Assembly (NCBI GenBank): GCA_018238625.1 | Contig: JABCSY010000093.1 | Coordinates: forward strand, 1-16,346 | DNA from: Promethearchaeota archaeon | GTDB lineage: Archaea > Asgardarchaeota > Lokiarchaeia > Sigyniarchaeales > SOKP01 | Direction: 5' to 3' | DNA length: 16,346 nt | Shown here: positions 15,452-16,346 of the stretch, piece by piece | How the letters are laid out: each line of letters begins with the position of its first letter | How positions within the stretch are numbered: position 1 is the first letter of the stretch | The notes under the pieces: model-generated | What the model was told of the DNA's origin: nothing | What the model saw: only the letters and a program-made list of their open reading frames with translations | Database searches by the model: none | Translations under genes and position numbers: made by a program

Positions 15452-15531
15452 AGCCAGCGATGGGATTTGCACCCATGATGCTGAAAGCAACGGCTCTGCA
15501 GGCCGCCTCCTTACTACTCGGATACGCTGGC
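15452..15531 (-). tRNA. tRNA-Cys(GCA) with a long variable arm; CCA not encoded
   Basis: Reverse complement: GCCAGCG TA TCCG AGTAGTA AGGA G GCGGC CTGCAGA GCCGT TGCTTTCAGCATC ATGGG TGCAAAT CCCAT CGCTGGC T (80 nt). 7-bp acceptor, 5-bp anticodon stem, anticodon GCA, G37, U73, 5-bp T stem. Confidence 0.93.
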
Positions 15532-15706
15532 AAATTATTTTCTTTATTTTTTATTTATTTATTTTATTAAAAAATCAATGTTTATTATTTTTAAAAGGTA
15601 AATTATGCTAAAAATTTGTTGTTAATGTAATAAAAATGTTTGTTCTAACTCTTTAATTATAATCAATAAAACTAAAAATGATATAAAAAAAATTAGATCA
15701 AATTGG

Positions 15707-16225
15707 TTATTTAAAACATTTTCCACAACATTGACCATTTGAATTTGAATTTAAACTACAACATTCGAAATTAAAATCAAATGGTAATACAAAATCGTTT
15801 GTAACGTCGGTAATTATATCCATATAAACCGAAGAGACGTTAGGATTCTTTCTAAAATGGTTATTAACCATCTCATCAATATGAGCTAGTTTAGAACCTA
15901 TTACAAGAACACTGAGATTAAAAGTGCCACTCAATCGAAATGCGTTTAGCATGTAAGGACATTGTTTAACTAATTCAATGGTTTTATTTGGTTCTAAAGT
16001 TTGAACTTCAACTCGTGCCAGGATTAAATCCATGGTTTTAACATTTATACCCGCTTGAAATTTTAAGACCCCTGCTTTTTCAAGTTTCCGAATCCTCATT
16101 CCGATTGTGGGTTGACTCCGATCAACTCGCTTTGCGATTTCTGTATGAGTTAGCAAAGGTTCCTTTTGAATCAATTCAATTATATTCTTGTCTATCTCGT
16201 CGATTTTAAAGACTTGACTTTCCAT
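15707..16225 (-). CDS. Lrp/AsnC family transcriptional regulator with a Cys-rich C-terminal tail
   Basis: IDEIDKNIIELIQ....THTEIAKRVDRSQPTIGMRIRKLEKAGVL wHTH, RAM-like domain (FRLSGTFNL), tail ECCSLNSNSNGQCCGKCFK. Confidence 0.92.
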   Translation of the reverse strand: MESQVFKIDEIDKNIIELIQKEPLLTHTEIAKRVDRSQPTIGMRIRKLEKAGVLKFQAGINVKTMDLILARVEVQTLEPNKTIELVKQCPYMLNAFRLSGTFNLSVLVIGSKLAHIDEMVNNHFRKNPNVSSVYMDIITDVTNDFVLPFDFNFECCSLNSNSNGQCCGKCFK

Positions 16226-16282
16226 TATCTCTACCTTAAATTTTTAATTTTTTGTTTATATTGGTTAATAACGATATGCCGA

Positions 16283-16290
16283 TATATAAA
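16283..16290 (-). promoter_or_regulatory. TATA box candidate for the Lrp/AsnC gene
   Basis: Minus strand TTTATATA about 60 nt before ATG 16225; CGATA repeats at 16272, 16280 and 16296 flank it. Confidence 0.4.
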
Positions 16291-16346
16291 TGTTACGATA
16301 CTTTATTAATAAAATTTTAATTAATATTAATAAATCATTAAAAATA

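Noticed and set aside
15452-15531. tRNA-Sec or selC*-type tRNA, or an intron-containing tRNA
   Set aside because: Fold is 7/5 with a short D stem, anticodon GCA and U73, not the 9/4, 8/5 or 8/4 folds. The extra 8-9 nt form a simple hairpin with no visible bulge-helix-bulge and seem too short for an intron.
1-16346. Mobile element, provirus or defence system
   Set aside because: No transposase, integrase, reverse transcriptase, viral or defence genes, and no duplicated tRNA 3' end (att site) seen.

Overview
AT-rich archaeal chromosomal window, most likely from an Asgard archaeon of the Lokiarchaeia/Promethearchaeia type. This is inferred from a Roadblock/LC7 gene, NosD/PbH1 surface proteins with C-terminal sorting-like tails, a UroD/MtaA paralog, a geranylgeranyl reductase, fwdA and a CCA-less tRNA. 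Gene order: two membrane-anchored surface proteins, GGR+UroD-family pair (-), a repeat-rich beta-helix surface protein, two convergent purF paralogs (one lacking the catalytic Cys and glutamine site), mobA (apparently without a standard start codon), a 4-TM membrane protein, a stand-alone fwdA, a structured intergenic element, Roadblock/LC7, and a minus-strand cluster Lrp/AsnC (Cys-rich tail) > tRNA-Cys(GCA) > cysS > PIG-L deacetylase. The two most unusual signals are a tRNA-Cys with a class II long variable arm and an A18/G55 elbow directly upstream of cysS, and an unexplained ~110-nt multi-stem RNA-like element between fwdA and the Roadblock gene. All family calls come from motifs read by eye; no searches were run.
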